From Eledone cirrhosa (Eukaryota), in the NCBI GenBank assembly GCA_964016885.1, contig OZ024742.1, positions 358,236,001 through 358,300,000 of the forward strand: DNA of 64,000 bases. The letters run 5' to 3'. Made by a program: the position numbers and the translations under genes. Below are positions 51,121 to 62,650 of the stretch, piece after piece; positions within the stretch are counted from its first letter, which is position 1, and each line of letters begins with the position of its first letter. Under the pieces are notes generated by a model that was given only the letters and a program-made list of their open reading frames with translations, did not search any database and was not told the DNA's origin.

Positions 51121-54100
51121 TTTCTTTATTTGCCACAATGGCGCACAAGAAAAGGGGACAATACAAAGACAGATGCCGGGGATTTTACATACAGTTGTGA
51201 AATATATTGAAACAAACAATTATAACAATCGAAATCCCCAGTAGGGGGGAAGTGCCACAAATGTGTTGTTTAATACCCCGTCAATAGAACAACCCTCAAC
51301 TTCAGGAGCATGTTGTACAAGGTCTCCCTCCTCCCTTTTGCTCTCTTCTTTAACCTACAGGCTTATAAACAGAGAAGGCCCAATCACTCGGGCCATTTTC
51401 GCTTCATTCACCCACCTTTCAGTAAATTTGCTGGGGTGCAGTGCCTCTCTCTCCACCTTGATTCTCCTTCTAAAGTGATACTTAAAGAAGAGAATCAATT
51501 GTTGGCCAGAGAGAAAGGCATCTGTCCACAGTCCTCTCAATCTTGTCCACCATATAACCTTTTTCACCATAGCCACTGTACAGAGGAAAACCGCATCTCT
51601 CTCGATTTTGAAAGAGGCTGGCGATTTGATCCTTACTATGGCCTCGGCAGTCAACTGGATTTGTTCTATACGCGACAGCAGTTGTTGTGCATAGATCCAC
51701 AGGTAGCTTACGCCCGGGCAGTGTACAATTGCGTGCAAGACGGTTTCAATGTCCTGCTCGCATCTTGGACACATCCTCTTGGAAGGATCCCTGCCCGGGC
51801 GTCGATGCCTGTAGATCTTGTCTTGAATGGGTAGAGCTCCTCGGTTGCACTGCCAGGCCAGTGACCTCTGGAAGTTGTCCATAGGTCCCGGGCGGAAAGT
51901 CCTACTGAACAGACTGGTGAGCTTGTCGTCTTCGACGCCTAGTGTCTGCCCAAGCATGTCGTCGCACTAGTAAAGTACTAACCCTCTATAGATTGACAGA
52001 GGACTGTGAGCGCCTGGGCGCATTCAATGTGCCAGGTACCCATCTTCTTCGGTCTTTGCTTGACCCAGGACTGCAGCTCCGTCAGCGAGACAAGTTGTGG
52101 GAAAGCCTGTCTCATAAACGGTGCCCACACCGGTTGGACGGTGAGGAATACCTGGAGATTCCGTAGACTCAGCGCTTGTTTCCGCATCATTAGCCTCGGC
52201 ATGCCCAGCCCTCCGTTGGTAGGGTATTGACAGCAGACGCATCTCCTCACCAGTAGAGCCTGTTTCTCCCACAGGAGCTGGAAGAGCATGCATTCAATCT
52301 TGGTGAGGTATTCACGGGGATAAGGCACGACAGTCAAGCGGTAGTAGGTGACGGACGCTATGAAAGTGTTCGCCACCTCCGCTCGACCTTTCAAAGACGG
52401 TTTGCACTCAACCCACTTCTGAGTGAGCGCAAATACCTTGGCCATGACCTCGTTCCAATTTTTCTCCACCTGGAGGTCTGGAACGAACCAGACTCCGAGC
52501 AATTTCACCGGTCCTTCCGTCCAGCTTCCGACGACGCTGTCGGGTGGAATCGGTTTGCCTCTCCACGTTTCGAGTTGCAAACCGACAGACTTGTCCGGGT
52601 TCAGTTTTGCTCCTGTGAAACTTTCGTATTCCTGTAGTAGGTTGCCGATTATCTCTATTTTCGAGGTTTTCGACAGCAATACCGTCATGTCGTCGGCATA
52701 AGCCAACGCCGCTTTTCGCAGTCCCGGTTCTAAAGGGATGCCCTGCAAAAGCTCCAACTTCCGCAGTAGTAGCTCTAGAGTCAATACGTACAGAATGGAG
52801 GAGAGAGGGCATCCCTGTCGAATAGAACGCGTGATTACGAACGGCTCCGATAGGTAGCCGTTCACCTTAACCTTCGAGCAGATGCTGGTGTGCATCGCCT
52901 TGATCCAGCTTCTGAAAACGGGACCGAAACAGGCCGCCTTGAGAACGGCTTCCAAGTATCGATGGTCAACTCTATCGAATGCCTTAGACTGATCTAAATT
53001 GATCAGAGCCCCACCGAAGCTGGGTTTACACCCACCCTCTCTATGATGTATCGCATGAGGTGGAGGTTGTCGTGTATGGACCTGGTCGGGATTGCACACG
53101 CTTGCGCCTTCCCTACCAGGTTTTCGACGACAAGCGCCAGCCTCGTTGCTAGCACCTTGGCCAAAATCTTTAACTCTGTGTTGAGCAGAGTTATGGGCCT
53201 GAAATTGTTTATTTCGTCCCCCTTGTTCTCGACTTTCCTGATCAGCATTACTACGTCCTTGCCTGCAGAACTGAGAATTGTCCCGTTCTGCTACCAATTG
53301 CAGTAGACGGCTTCGAGGACGCCAGAGAACAAGTCCGACATGCCTATGTAAAATTCATAGGGTAGACCATCTAGACCGGGTGATTTGCATTTCCCGCAGC
53401 GGCCCAGAGCGTCCCGTATCGCAGTGGCTGTGATCAGTCTTTCGCAGAACTCGGTGTCCGTGCTCGAGAGATGCGGCAGGCCGTCAAGGTATGAACCAAA
53501 GTCCATTGCCTCATTCGGTGCACTGTCGTTCTGATCAAACAGTCGCGCAAAGTGCCACTGAAAGGCCGCGCACATCTGCCTGGGATCAATTAGCACGCGT
53601 TCGTTTTGGTCTTTCAAAGACCGAATCGTGGACTTGTTGCCACATTTCGCTTCCGCCACTCGGGCCCAGCTAACAGCATTTGCTCCCTCGTTTCCTAGAG
53701 TACGTCATTTACTTCTGATCACGTAGCCTTCGTGTTTCGCGTCGAAGACCTGGTCCAGTGCCGTTCTAGATTCTAGCACTCTAGCTGCGTTGCCACTCCT
53801 AAGCGTCTCTTCTACCTTGGCTACTAGTTCTGTTTCTGCTTTGTTTTTCTCTAAAGCTAATTCTCTGCTAAACCCTATCGATTCTACTCTAATTGCTCTC
53901 TTGAGAGAATACCACCATCTATTGTTGACGATGTCTCCTGTCAACTCTTGCTTAACTAATCTACTTATCCGTTCACTGTAGGCTTTTCGTGCCGGCAACG
54001 ACACGTTCAGCTTCCAGTATCCGGGTCCTTGTCTTTGTATTCTATCATGGTTGACTACGCAGACGAGTAGTTTGTGATCTGAATAGGCAACTATGTGCAT

Positions 54101-54663
54101 TTCTGGACAGCGTAACATCTTCTTGTCCTTCTCACTAATGAAAACCCTATCTAGATACGATCTAGATCTCCCGCTGCGGTTTGCCCACGTCCACTGTCGT
54201 GCAGTCGGGAAATCTAGTCGATATCTATCGGCCAGTTAGAATTGGCCGATTAGATTTTGAGGCTGTTGCATTCCGCTCTACTGGGACATGCTCCCACATA
54301 GTCCTATCGTGCATCTAGGATACCATTCCAGTCTCCCACTAAAAGCAAGGAGCGAGATGTTCCCAGAAAATACTCTAGACGTTTAAAGAAGTCTGGTCGC
54401 GATTGTGATTGCTCGGTCGGGGCATAAACGGCCACCAGTCTGAAGGCTCCACCTCTAATACTGTTCACGTCTAGGACTACCAGTCTACCCTCCGGGTCCA
54501 AGTGTACTTGCTGTACTTCGAGATCCAGGTTTTTCCGAAACATGACAGTGACTCCCCCTCCATCTCCCGGCTGACAGAGAGATGCGCTGATCTCAAAGTC
54601 ATTGAAGGTGGGGGTTAGTTGCTGCCCGTTGTGGATCCTGGACTCGGTGATGGCTATTACACC
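51121..54663 (-). mobile_element. Tx1/L1-clade LINE with almost complete but disrupted ORF2 (EN-RT-zinc knuckle)
   Basis: EN: VIAITES, AVYAP, VGDWN, SDH, GPGYWKLN. RT: KSPGLDGLPYEFY, NFRPITLLN, LDQSKAFDRV, IRQGCPLS, AYADD. C-terminal CPRC..H..C. Stops and frameshifts are present; ORF1 is absent. Confidence 0.96.
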
Positions 54664-55460
54664 TGTAGCCCTCTCTAGACAAAGGGAAGTAGCTAGAGTT
54701 ACTTCCCGTAGAATTTTTATAATACCTGGAATGGAAGTTCAAGGAATATTCTAGAAATTCTACGTGAAGTAACTCTAGGTATTTCGTCTAGAGAGCACTA
54801 CAAGACTCCCCTCTCAGACGAGAAGTCGAATAACCAACAGAAGGTCATTGTAGCAAGAACCCGTAAGAAATGATGAGCAAGGCAAAAGTACCAGAAAGTG
54901 CAAGAATAAAACACGAGCTCGCAACTGAAGCAAATAGCAAAAAGGTACAAAATAAGTAAATGCATTTTACAAAGAAAATTTTTTTTTGCTGCACAAGGAT
55001 GATGCAGAAAAAATGTAAATATCACAAAACTGATAATTTAAAGTTAACATAAAGGAGCAGAGAAAAAATTAATGCTCAATGGTTAGTTCAAAGTTTCTTC
55101 AAAATCAAATAGTTCATACATCACCAGTGTACAGACTTTTCTGACACTAATTCTATATGAACCTGAAAAGAGTTTGTTGATGTCACCAGGGGTTAAATGT
55201 ATATAGTTTTTGACAATTTATGTGGCCATTTTACTGTTCTGCCACTTCGTGTGATATAAGGTTGGTTATTCGACTTCTCGTCTGAGAGGGGAGTCTTGTA
55301 GCGCTCTCTAAACAAAGGGAAGTAACATGAAAAACTTGAACCGTTCAGGTATCTTTTCTTGCTTATGTCAAAATTTATAAAACAAACTTTGTATTTTATC
55401 TGATGAAAGTTTTGGTACCCTTGAAATATATATAATAAAATAAATATGGTTTTATAAATA
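54664..55460. mobile_element. Probable Penelope-like pseudo-LTR mosaic with nested inverted repeats
   Basis: Imperfect fold-back at 54664-54802. 54788-54838 is the reverse complement of 55261-55310. A hammerhead motif follows at 55392-55442, next to a PLE 3' end. Confidence 0.6.
55392..55442 (+). ncRNA. Minimal type I hammerhead ribozyme
   Basis: Stem I TATTTTAT/ATAAAATA (8 bp), core CTGATGA (55400-55406), stem II AAG..CTT, GAAA (55423-55426), palindromic TATATA stem III, and AUA cleavage triplet ending at 55434. Confidence 0.75.
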
Positions 55461-55499
55461 TAGTTAACATTTATTTAATATCATTGAATATATATACAT

Positions 55500-57478
55500 A
55501 TAGGGTAATACATCGTGGGTAATAGGAAAATGTTTAACCCCGACGGCAGAGCACGTACCTGTACACACACGTGTACGCACGCATACATATGTATGTATAG
55601 GTATAGACATACTTAAGACAAACATTATAAAGGAACTAAGTGAGGAAACACACTCGGTTATAAAAATGACATAAAATAAAAACGTATAAATACTTAAAAC
55701 ATGGTGGGTATGTAAGGAATGGGGGAGGGTATAACTAAAATAATATAACATAAGATGAATGGGTGGGGGAGAAAAGAGTGTATAAATTAATAGTTGTGGT
55801 AGAAAGTAAATGTTTATAAATAGATTTGGATGAAGGTATGAAGTATGATCTGGGTAAAAAGAGGAGGGGGGGGGTTATAATAGGTGGACAGAATGAAGGT
55901 GGTGGGTGTGTATGTGTATGTATGTCTTAAAAATATGGCAGAAAGAGGGGGGTATAAATCAAATGAAATAAATAAATAAACATGCGAGATAATTCTATAA
56001 ATTGGTAGAAAGTATGTGTTTATGTGATGAACTGGGTAAGATGTGGTGTTCGCAAAGTGATGATATTGGTAGTGAGTAGAAGCGTTAATATGTAAAGAGG
56101 AAGCTCAAGGTGATTGAGTGATCGTTTAAGTATTAATCCAGCTAAAAAGGAGATGCTATTTCAGGTGCGGACAACTTCTAAAGAACTCAGGTTTAGAGTT
56201 GAGGTAAGTGGTAGGAGTTTTCAGATTTTGAAGAATTCTATATTTTTCCGTTATACACAAAGAACATTTCTTTGTTCCCCTTTGATATTCGTTTGAGTGG
56301 TCTAAAATTGACCAATCAACAGAGTATGGAACGTTTCTGTCTTTAAACTCCCACACTTTATTAGCCAGCACCGTTGATGTTATTTCGTCAGGGTGTTTTA
56401 ATGAAGCGACGTGTGCATAATACCTGATATTAAATTTGTCCTGTGTCATGCCAACATATCGCTCACTTCTGGCTGGCTGGCTGGTTATTTATAATCGGTG
56501 TCAGCTTGGTCTCATATACAATAGATTTTGTATTACATTTGCCCTGTAATGGACATTCTTCTGGTTTCCTGCATCTGCATCCTGGATTTCCTGTAGTTAT
56601 ATTTGAGTTGGTGATTTTGGATTCCAATGATGGGCAGCAAGAATAGCTGATTTTAACTAAATTTCTATTAAATATCTTCTTATATCTATGATTCGGGGAA
56701 AATGTTTGTCTAGGAGTTCGAGGAATTTTCTTCCTATGTTAGTTTTAACTGAGGGAAAGGAGGTGTAAACCATATAATTTTTATTTTTCTGTTATAGTGT
56801 TTAGCGTTAGAAAGAGGAGTAGGTAAATATTTGAATTGTTCGGTGAAGCCGTTGTTTTTGAGGGCCTTATTATAATAAGGGGCAGCTTTATTAAAAATAT
56901 CTATAGACGAAGATAAGGTAGAGATTCTACGACTAATGTTAGGAATACAATTTTTAAAGACTATAGGAGGATGGCAAGACTCTTTGTGTATATATCTTAA
57001 ATTTTCATTGGATTTATGATAGGGTTTGAAAGAGGCAGTAAGTAGGACAAGATTAATATCGAGGAAGTTGGTAATAGTAAGATTCGTATCTATAGTAATT
57101 TTTAGGTTTAAGTTAGCAAAGGTATTAAATAAGTCTTTACGGAATTTATCAAGGTTATAGCCGTTTGTGGTATGAGAAACTGCCAAACCATCGTCTCGGT
57201 ATAAGCCAAGGAAATTTCTCTTTAAGGGTGTGGAGGAGGAATAATCCTACCAAATTGCACACACCGGCGCTATTAAATGGGCTTGATTTTTTAACCCAAG
57301 TATCTTCTTTAGCGAAAAGTAGTGTTTTCCTAGTGTGTAAAATAACATCTTCCTCTAATTTAGAAATATTAATGAAATGTGTAGCAAGATCTAAGGCTTT
57401 AATTAATAAGGATTCTGTGTTAGAGGGGTAAAAATCAAGAATATCAAATTGGGTAAATCTACACTTATTTTTTCCTTG
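55500..57478 (-). mobile_element. Penelope-like element (Naiad-type) RT plus GIY-YIG endonuclease pseudogene, 5'-truncated
   Basis: Manual translation gives FTQFDILDFYPS, GLYRDDGL, NFLD, IIWFTPPF, VKISYSC, the linker CRCRKPEECPLQGKC, IVY..YVG, CSLCITEK and LN..CPH. Several frameshifts, and a deletion in RT motif B. Confidence 0.93.
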
Positions 57479-57482
57479 TATA

Positions 57483-59690
57483 TCATCACCATCATCACCG
57501 TTTTACGTCCGTTCTTCCACGCTAGCATGGGTTAGATGGGTTTTCCTGTTGTGGGCAATGTACGGTCAGCTGGCCTTGTCTTGCTCATATGGGAACTGAT
57601 TCTGGCTTGATTTCTACAGCTGGATGCCCTTCATAACACCAACCTCATTTACAGTGAGTGCTGGGTGCTTTTTTGCCGTGGTGCCTACACGTCCACTTTA
57701 CAGTGTGGGCTGGGTGCTTTTTTGCCGTGGCACCACCACGACCACTTTGCAGTGGGAGAGTTTGGGGGCCTAATGTCTATATGCTTCAGCTTCGGCTTGT
57801 ACCCGTGGCGGGTCGGGTCTTCTGTATTACTGCGTGACGCCAGAGGTCACAGTCGTGTGTCATCGCCTTTGAGAGGTGTAATTGGGTATGGTCAGCTTTT
57901 ATCACCTCATCCCAGGTCGTCTTGGGTCTCTCCACTCCGCGGTTTCCATTGACTTCTAGTGCTCTGCAACTTTTTATGCAGCTGTAATCCTTCATACGCA
58001 TCACATGTCCATACCAACGCAACCGCCTCTTCTGCACACACCATTTGATTCCTCTTATGTTCAGTCTCTCTCTCAATTCATTTATGCTTTGCCGTTCACG
58101 TTTATTACTATTACACATCCATCGGAGCATGCAAGCTTCGTTTCTTTCTAATCTGCGCAAGTCCTCTACAGACAGCGCCCAGGTCTCACTACCATGTAAC
58201 ATTGCTTTTCGGATACACGCATCATACAGTCTGCCTTTCATTTTGAGGGAAAAGCCTTTTGCAGCTAGCAGTGGCAGTAGCTCCCTGAACTTCTTCCATC
58301 CCGTTCTTACCCTAGTTATTGTACTTTCTGAACACCCACCTTCGCTGCTAATTCGGTCACCTAGGTAGCAGGAGCAGTCTACTGTTTTTACAGAGCCCTC
58401 CCAGAGTTTGGTGGTACTTGTTTCCTGTGGCTGTTTGCTTGCTGTCACAGCACAGCTGCTACATGTGAAGCCTACATTCTTAGTTAAGCTTCTTGGGATC
58501 CCGCTACATCTCTTGTGTACCCATTGTTTGCATTTGGGGCAGAGAATAGAGTTCCTACCTACACCTTTCCAACATACTGAGCAAGGCCATTTCCCTGAGG
58601 GGATCTGGGTTCTGTTTTCTCGTCTACTTACAAGGACCTTAGTCTTTGAAAGGTTCACTTTGAGACCTTTTCTTTCTTGTCCCTGCTTCCAAGTTTGGAA
58701 TTTCTTCTCTAGATCGACCATAAATTCAGCTATAAGTGCGAGGTCATCTGCATACAGGAGTTCCCATGGGCATCCGTACTTAAACTCCTCTGTTATTGCC
58801 TGCAGGACTATGATGAACAGGAGAGGGCTAAGAACAGAGCCCTGGTGGACACCAACCTGTACGCTAAATTCCTCGCTATACTCATTGCTAATCCTAACTT
58901 TGCTGACTGCTACCCTATACATGGCTTGTACAGCTTTCACAAGCAATTCATCTACTCCTAGTTTTCTAAGAGCCCACCAGATTACAGCACGTGGAACTCT
59001 GTCAAAGGCTTTCTCAAGATCGACGAATGCCAGGTAGAGTGGCCTACTTTTAGCTAAGTATTTTTCCTGTAACTGCCTCACAAGGAAGAGGGCATCAGTG
59101 GTGCCTCTTTCTGGTTCAAACCCAAATTGCATCTCATCTAGTTTCACCCGGTCCCTAATCAATTGTGCTATAACTCTTTCTGTTACTCTCATGACCTGGT
59201 CCATTAGCTTTATACCTGTATAGTTTCCTCTATCTAGTGCATCACCTTTACTTTTGTAGCAGTTGACAATGATGCTACTGCACCAATCCTTTGGTATGAC
59301 ACCTTCTAGTATTACCTAGTTAACAATACGTGTTGTTATGGTGTGACCTACCGACCCAGATGCCTTCAGCATCTTGGCAGCTATACCCGATGGACCGGTT
59401 GCCTTCCCCGTCTTCATATCTTTGATTGCCTTACTTACTACGCTGCTGCTGACTTGTACTGCTGGCCCCTCTATAGGGTCTACTTGGGGTAGGGTCTCTT
59501 CTTCCCATGCATTCTCCTCATTTAGTAATCTATCATAATGGCTCTACCACGCATCTTTCTTCTCAGCAATTGTGAGGGTAAGCTCACCTTTATCATTCCG
59601 GATACACTTCTCTACAATGACATCACAAATCTCTCTGACACACTGCCTCGCAATCTTCAACACCTCCTGTTTCTGGTCCTCACGTTGCAA
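57483..59690 (-). mobile_element. 5'-truncated RTE-clade LINE (copy RTE-C) with an intact 472-aa RT C-terminal frame
   Basis: ORF 57786-59204 has QFGF, FVDLEKAFDRV, QGSVLSP, YADDL and RLRWYGHV. The upstream continuation has stops. (GAT)n-type tail. Confidence 0.97.
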
Positions 59691-59749
59691 ATCATACACA
59701 TATATATATGATTGAATTTTCTATCTTCTGTTTCCAGGTTCGTCTAGTT

Positions 59750-59833
59750 CTATGTATGTATATATATATGTATGTATATATATATGTATATATATATGTA
59801 TGTATATATATATATATATGTATGTATATATAT
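59750..59833. repeat. (TA)n/(TGTA)n microsatellite
   Basis: Seen directly. Confidence 0.95.
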
Positions 59834-59834
59834 G

Positions 59835-60122
59835 TCAGGTCACTCTTGAGTGCTACTGGTAACATATAACCCAGTACAACCTGTCACATGGTTGGGTCGT
59901 CGGCGACTAAACCAACAACCCCAACAAGTTTACTTGGTGAGGAGGGTGATTTTGGAAAGCCTACAGGACAAAAAACAAAACCTGACAAAGGGTGGAAGAA
60001 GTCATAACAGTCAACATCCGAAAGTGTGTAAATATCTATATACACATGTACCCCGCAGTTAAACCACTGGGAGTGAAGGACCCCTAGCCTTTGGCAGGGC
60101 ATTCTTCTAGGAGAAGGCAACA
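59835..60122 (+). mobile_element. Probable RTE-type 5'-UTR fragment between TA repeats
   Basis: Ends with CCTTTGGCAGGGCATTCTTCTAGGAGAAGGCAAC, similar to a motif remembered from RTE 5' UTRs. Partly similar to 34817-34880. Confidence 0.45.
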
Positions 60123-60192
60123 ATATATATATATATATATATAGTAAGGAAAAGCAGACGTAAAATTATGATGATGATATATATATATAAAT

Positions 60193-60319
60193 AAAGTTTC
60201 ATACACTTAATTTGATGTGAGACCATTGGTTTCAGGGGCCAGTTATGGCCACCACTGGGGGTGACACTTTCAAACTGGACCTTTATCCAGGCACATACAT
60301 GTTAAGTGTATGAAACTTT
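60193..60319. repeat. 18-bp perfect inverted repeat around a 91-bp spacer (MITE-like or PLE inversion)
   Basis: AAAGTTTCATACACTTAA (60193-60210) and TTAAGTGTATGAAACTTT (60302-60319). Confidence 0.8.
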
Positions 60320-60409
60320 GTTTTGTGTATACTAAAAATACTCTCTTTCAACAGATTGAGCAGTTTTCCTTGATCTTTCATCTATGGATATCTACACATA
60401 TAGATATAT

Positions 60410-61320
60410 TTCAATAAACAAACTCAATAGACATTGTTCAGAGCCATAGTTATTCAAATATCAGGAAAGAATGGAGGTTTTAAAGGATTCAGTGTCTCGA
60501 CAGCTAACAACTGATGCAGGTAGTTTGTTCCGTGCTTCAGCAACTTCGAATGTGAAAAAAATGTTTCCGAAAGTCATGGGAGCTGTGCTGGTTTCTAACT
60601 TTGTAGGCATGCCCACGTGTGTTAGACACATGGAATTCAAAAAGGTACTCAGGGTTGTTGTTGGAAAGATGGTTAATAATTATGTGGGTATTTACCAAGT
60701 CAGCTGCCAGGCATCGGATCTTCAATGTATCCATGCCCAGGGAAGCAAGGTGTTCGGAGTATGGTAGATTCCTGGTGGAGGGTATTCACTTGGTTGCACA
60801 TCTCTGAACAGTTTCCAGGAGGTCAATGTTCTGAGAAAGATAAGGGTTCCAGACTGGTGATGCAAATTCCAAGTGTGGCCGCACCAGAGCTATATACAGC
60901 TTTAAATAGATAGCTGGAGAGCAGTTAGGGATAAATCTGAATTGTGAGGGCCGGATAAGGCTGAGAGACTTCCAGAAGTTCTAGAGTGTTTCTCTGACAC
61001 AGGATTCCACCAGTTTGGCAATGCAGCTATTTAGACTGTCTGGACAATAGTTGACAGGTGACGTGCGGTCACCCTTTTTGAACAGAGGAATGACACTGGC
61101 AGTTTTCCAGTGCTCCAGAGTAGCACCATTATTAAGACAGCATTGAAAGAAGAGTGGAAGCTGATGGAAAAGAATGTACCCACCACATTTGAGAAGCGGG
61201 TATGTAACACCATCAAGACCAGGAGAGGCATAGTTCAACTTATTCTTAAGGAGACGTCACAGCATTGCAGGTGTAAATTCCATAGTTGTTATAGAATTTG
61301 ATGTCAGAGGTGGTGGAGAT
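60410..61320 (-). mobile_element. CR1-clade LINE relic with most of the RT deleted
   Basis: SPGLDG..WKTASVIPLFKKGDR..NY, then LVRPHLEFASPVWNP..VQR, and NTRGHAYKV..RKHFF, a typical CR1 C-terminus. Confidence 0.88.
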
Positions 61321-61390
61321 GGTACGTTTTGGTTTTCAATATGTATATATAGAGAGAAAGGACCATATATAAGATAATACACAATATATT

Positions 61391-61800
61391 GAGCTGTTAT
61401 ATACAAAAATCAAATATATTTGATATGTTTTGATTCCTCACATTTGTATATAACAGCTCCTAATCTCTCAATTTGGTGAGCTGCTGTGACTAATGTTTTT
61501 GTCCACTTTTGTTTATATCTCTTGTCTTGGGTTGTCATAAGACCATGTGGTTTTCAGTATGGTGTGAGTTTTTGTTGGACTTGTCTCTGGATATGGACAG
61601 GTATATTGTTGTATATATTATTTTGGCAGTCAATACTGCCAATACTGGAATTGAATAATCAAAACCGTAGCAGTATGTCACATATCAAATCATATAGTTT
61701 GTCTGATGAAAACTTACTTAAACACCACAGTACCTTTGAAATATGTATAATAAAATATATATTTTATGAGAATATTTTTCATTTGTTAACATTTTGAATA
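61391..61800 (+). mobile_element. Degenerate 3' end of a second Penelope-like element
   Basis: LSWVVIRPCGFQYGVSFCWTCL aligns with VDWSILDHSNEYQRGTKKCSLCI of the GIY-YIG at 56156-56449. It is preceded by a 17-bp inverted repeat (61391-61407 / 61443-61459) and followed by a hammerhead. Confidence 0.55.
61692..61760 (+). ncRNA. Second minimal hammerhead ribozyme (partly degenerate)
   Basis: ATATAGTTTGT-CTGATGA-AAA..TTT-GAAA-TATGTA-TA-ATAAAATATAT. Stem I pairs at 10 of 11 positions (one G-U). Shares GTACCYTTGAAATATRTATAATAAAATA with 55415-55442. Confidence 0.6.
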
Positions 61801-61910
61801 ATATTAAAAACTCCAGGAAAATCTTTGTTGAGTGCTTCTAATCTATTGTAATATTGTATTCGTTGAGTAATCAACGAACCATATTAATCTTTGGTCATAT
61901 ATATATATAT

Positions 61911-61972
61911 ATTAAATTAACAGATTAAAGTTTAAGCAAAGGATAGCTTAAACTGTAATCTGTTATTTTAAT
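61911..61972. repeat. Fold-back hairpin with 27-bp arms (25/27) and an 8-nt loop, next to (TA)n
   Basis: ATTAAATTAACAGATTAAAGTTTAAGC and GCTTAAACTGTAATCTGTTATTTTAAT. Confidence 0.85.
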
Positions 61973-62077
61973 AAATTATTGCTCTAGGGTTCTTATATAT
62001 TTGATATATATTTATCCTTATCGAGCCCTCTTTGGATTTTAGTCTTCACATTTATTATTATTACTATATATATATAT

Positions 62078-62267
62078 AACGAAGGAGATGTGGTAAGGAA
62101 TCAGATGGACCATAACGTACCAAAGTAATCAATACTTAGGTAGTAGAGTGGGTAATAGGAACAAGTATGACCCCGACGGCAGAGTTCAAGCCGTTTCAAC
62201 GGCTAATTCTTCACTCCAGAATTAGCCGTCGAAACGGCTTGAGCTCTGCCGTCGGGGTCATACTTGT

Positions 62268-62272
<5 letters not shown>
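62078..62272 (-). mobile_element. Short PLE-related insertion with a 51-bp-arm palindrome inside (TA)n
   Basis: Arms 62160-62210 and 62218-62268 (49/51). GTGGGTAATAGGAA..ACCCCGACGGCAGAG is shared with 55515-55551 in the PLE 3' region. Confidence 0.75.
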
Positions 62273-62322
<50 letters not shown>

Positions 62323-62540
62323 TATTTCGTTTCTGAATTTATTTAGCAAGATTCTTTATCTGAAAACATGTGTTGAAACCGATATTGTTATACTTTGGGA
62401 GGATCATGTTGCCAATAAGAAACACAGGCACCAGTTGCTTTCACTTCAATTTATTATAATAAATTTATAAATTTAGGAATTTATAAATTTCCGGTTGGTT
62501 GGTTGGTTCCACAACCAGATGGTTGTTTATATATATATAA

Positions 62541-62618
62541 AACGAAGGAAGTGTGGTAAGGAACCAGATGGACCATAACGCACCAGACTACTCAATACTT
62601 AGAGTAGTAGAGTGGGTA

Positions 62619-62620
<2 letters not shown>
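62541..62620 (-). mobile_element. Second short copy of 62078-62157 inside (TA)n
   Basis: AACGAAGGA..TGTGGTAAGGAA.CAGATGGACCATAACG..GTAGTAGAGTGGGTAAT, with TA repeats on both sides. Confidence 0.8.

Positions 62621-62650
<30 letters not shown>

Noticed and set aside
56460-56470. In-frame TGA in the PLE as a selenocysteine codon
   Set aside because: It follows a frameshift in a (CCAG)n run and is not at a conserved Cys position.
59870-59920. HDV-like ribozyme in the putative RTE 5' UTR
   Set aside because: A GTCG-TCGG-CGAC hairpin followed by TAAA is suggestive, but P2 and the L3/P1.1 elements could not be built by eye.
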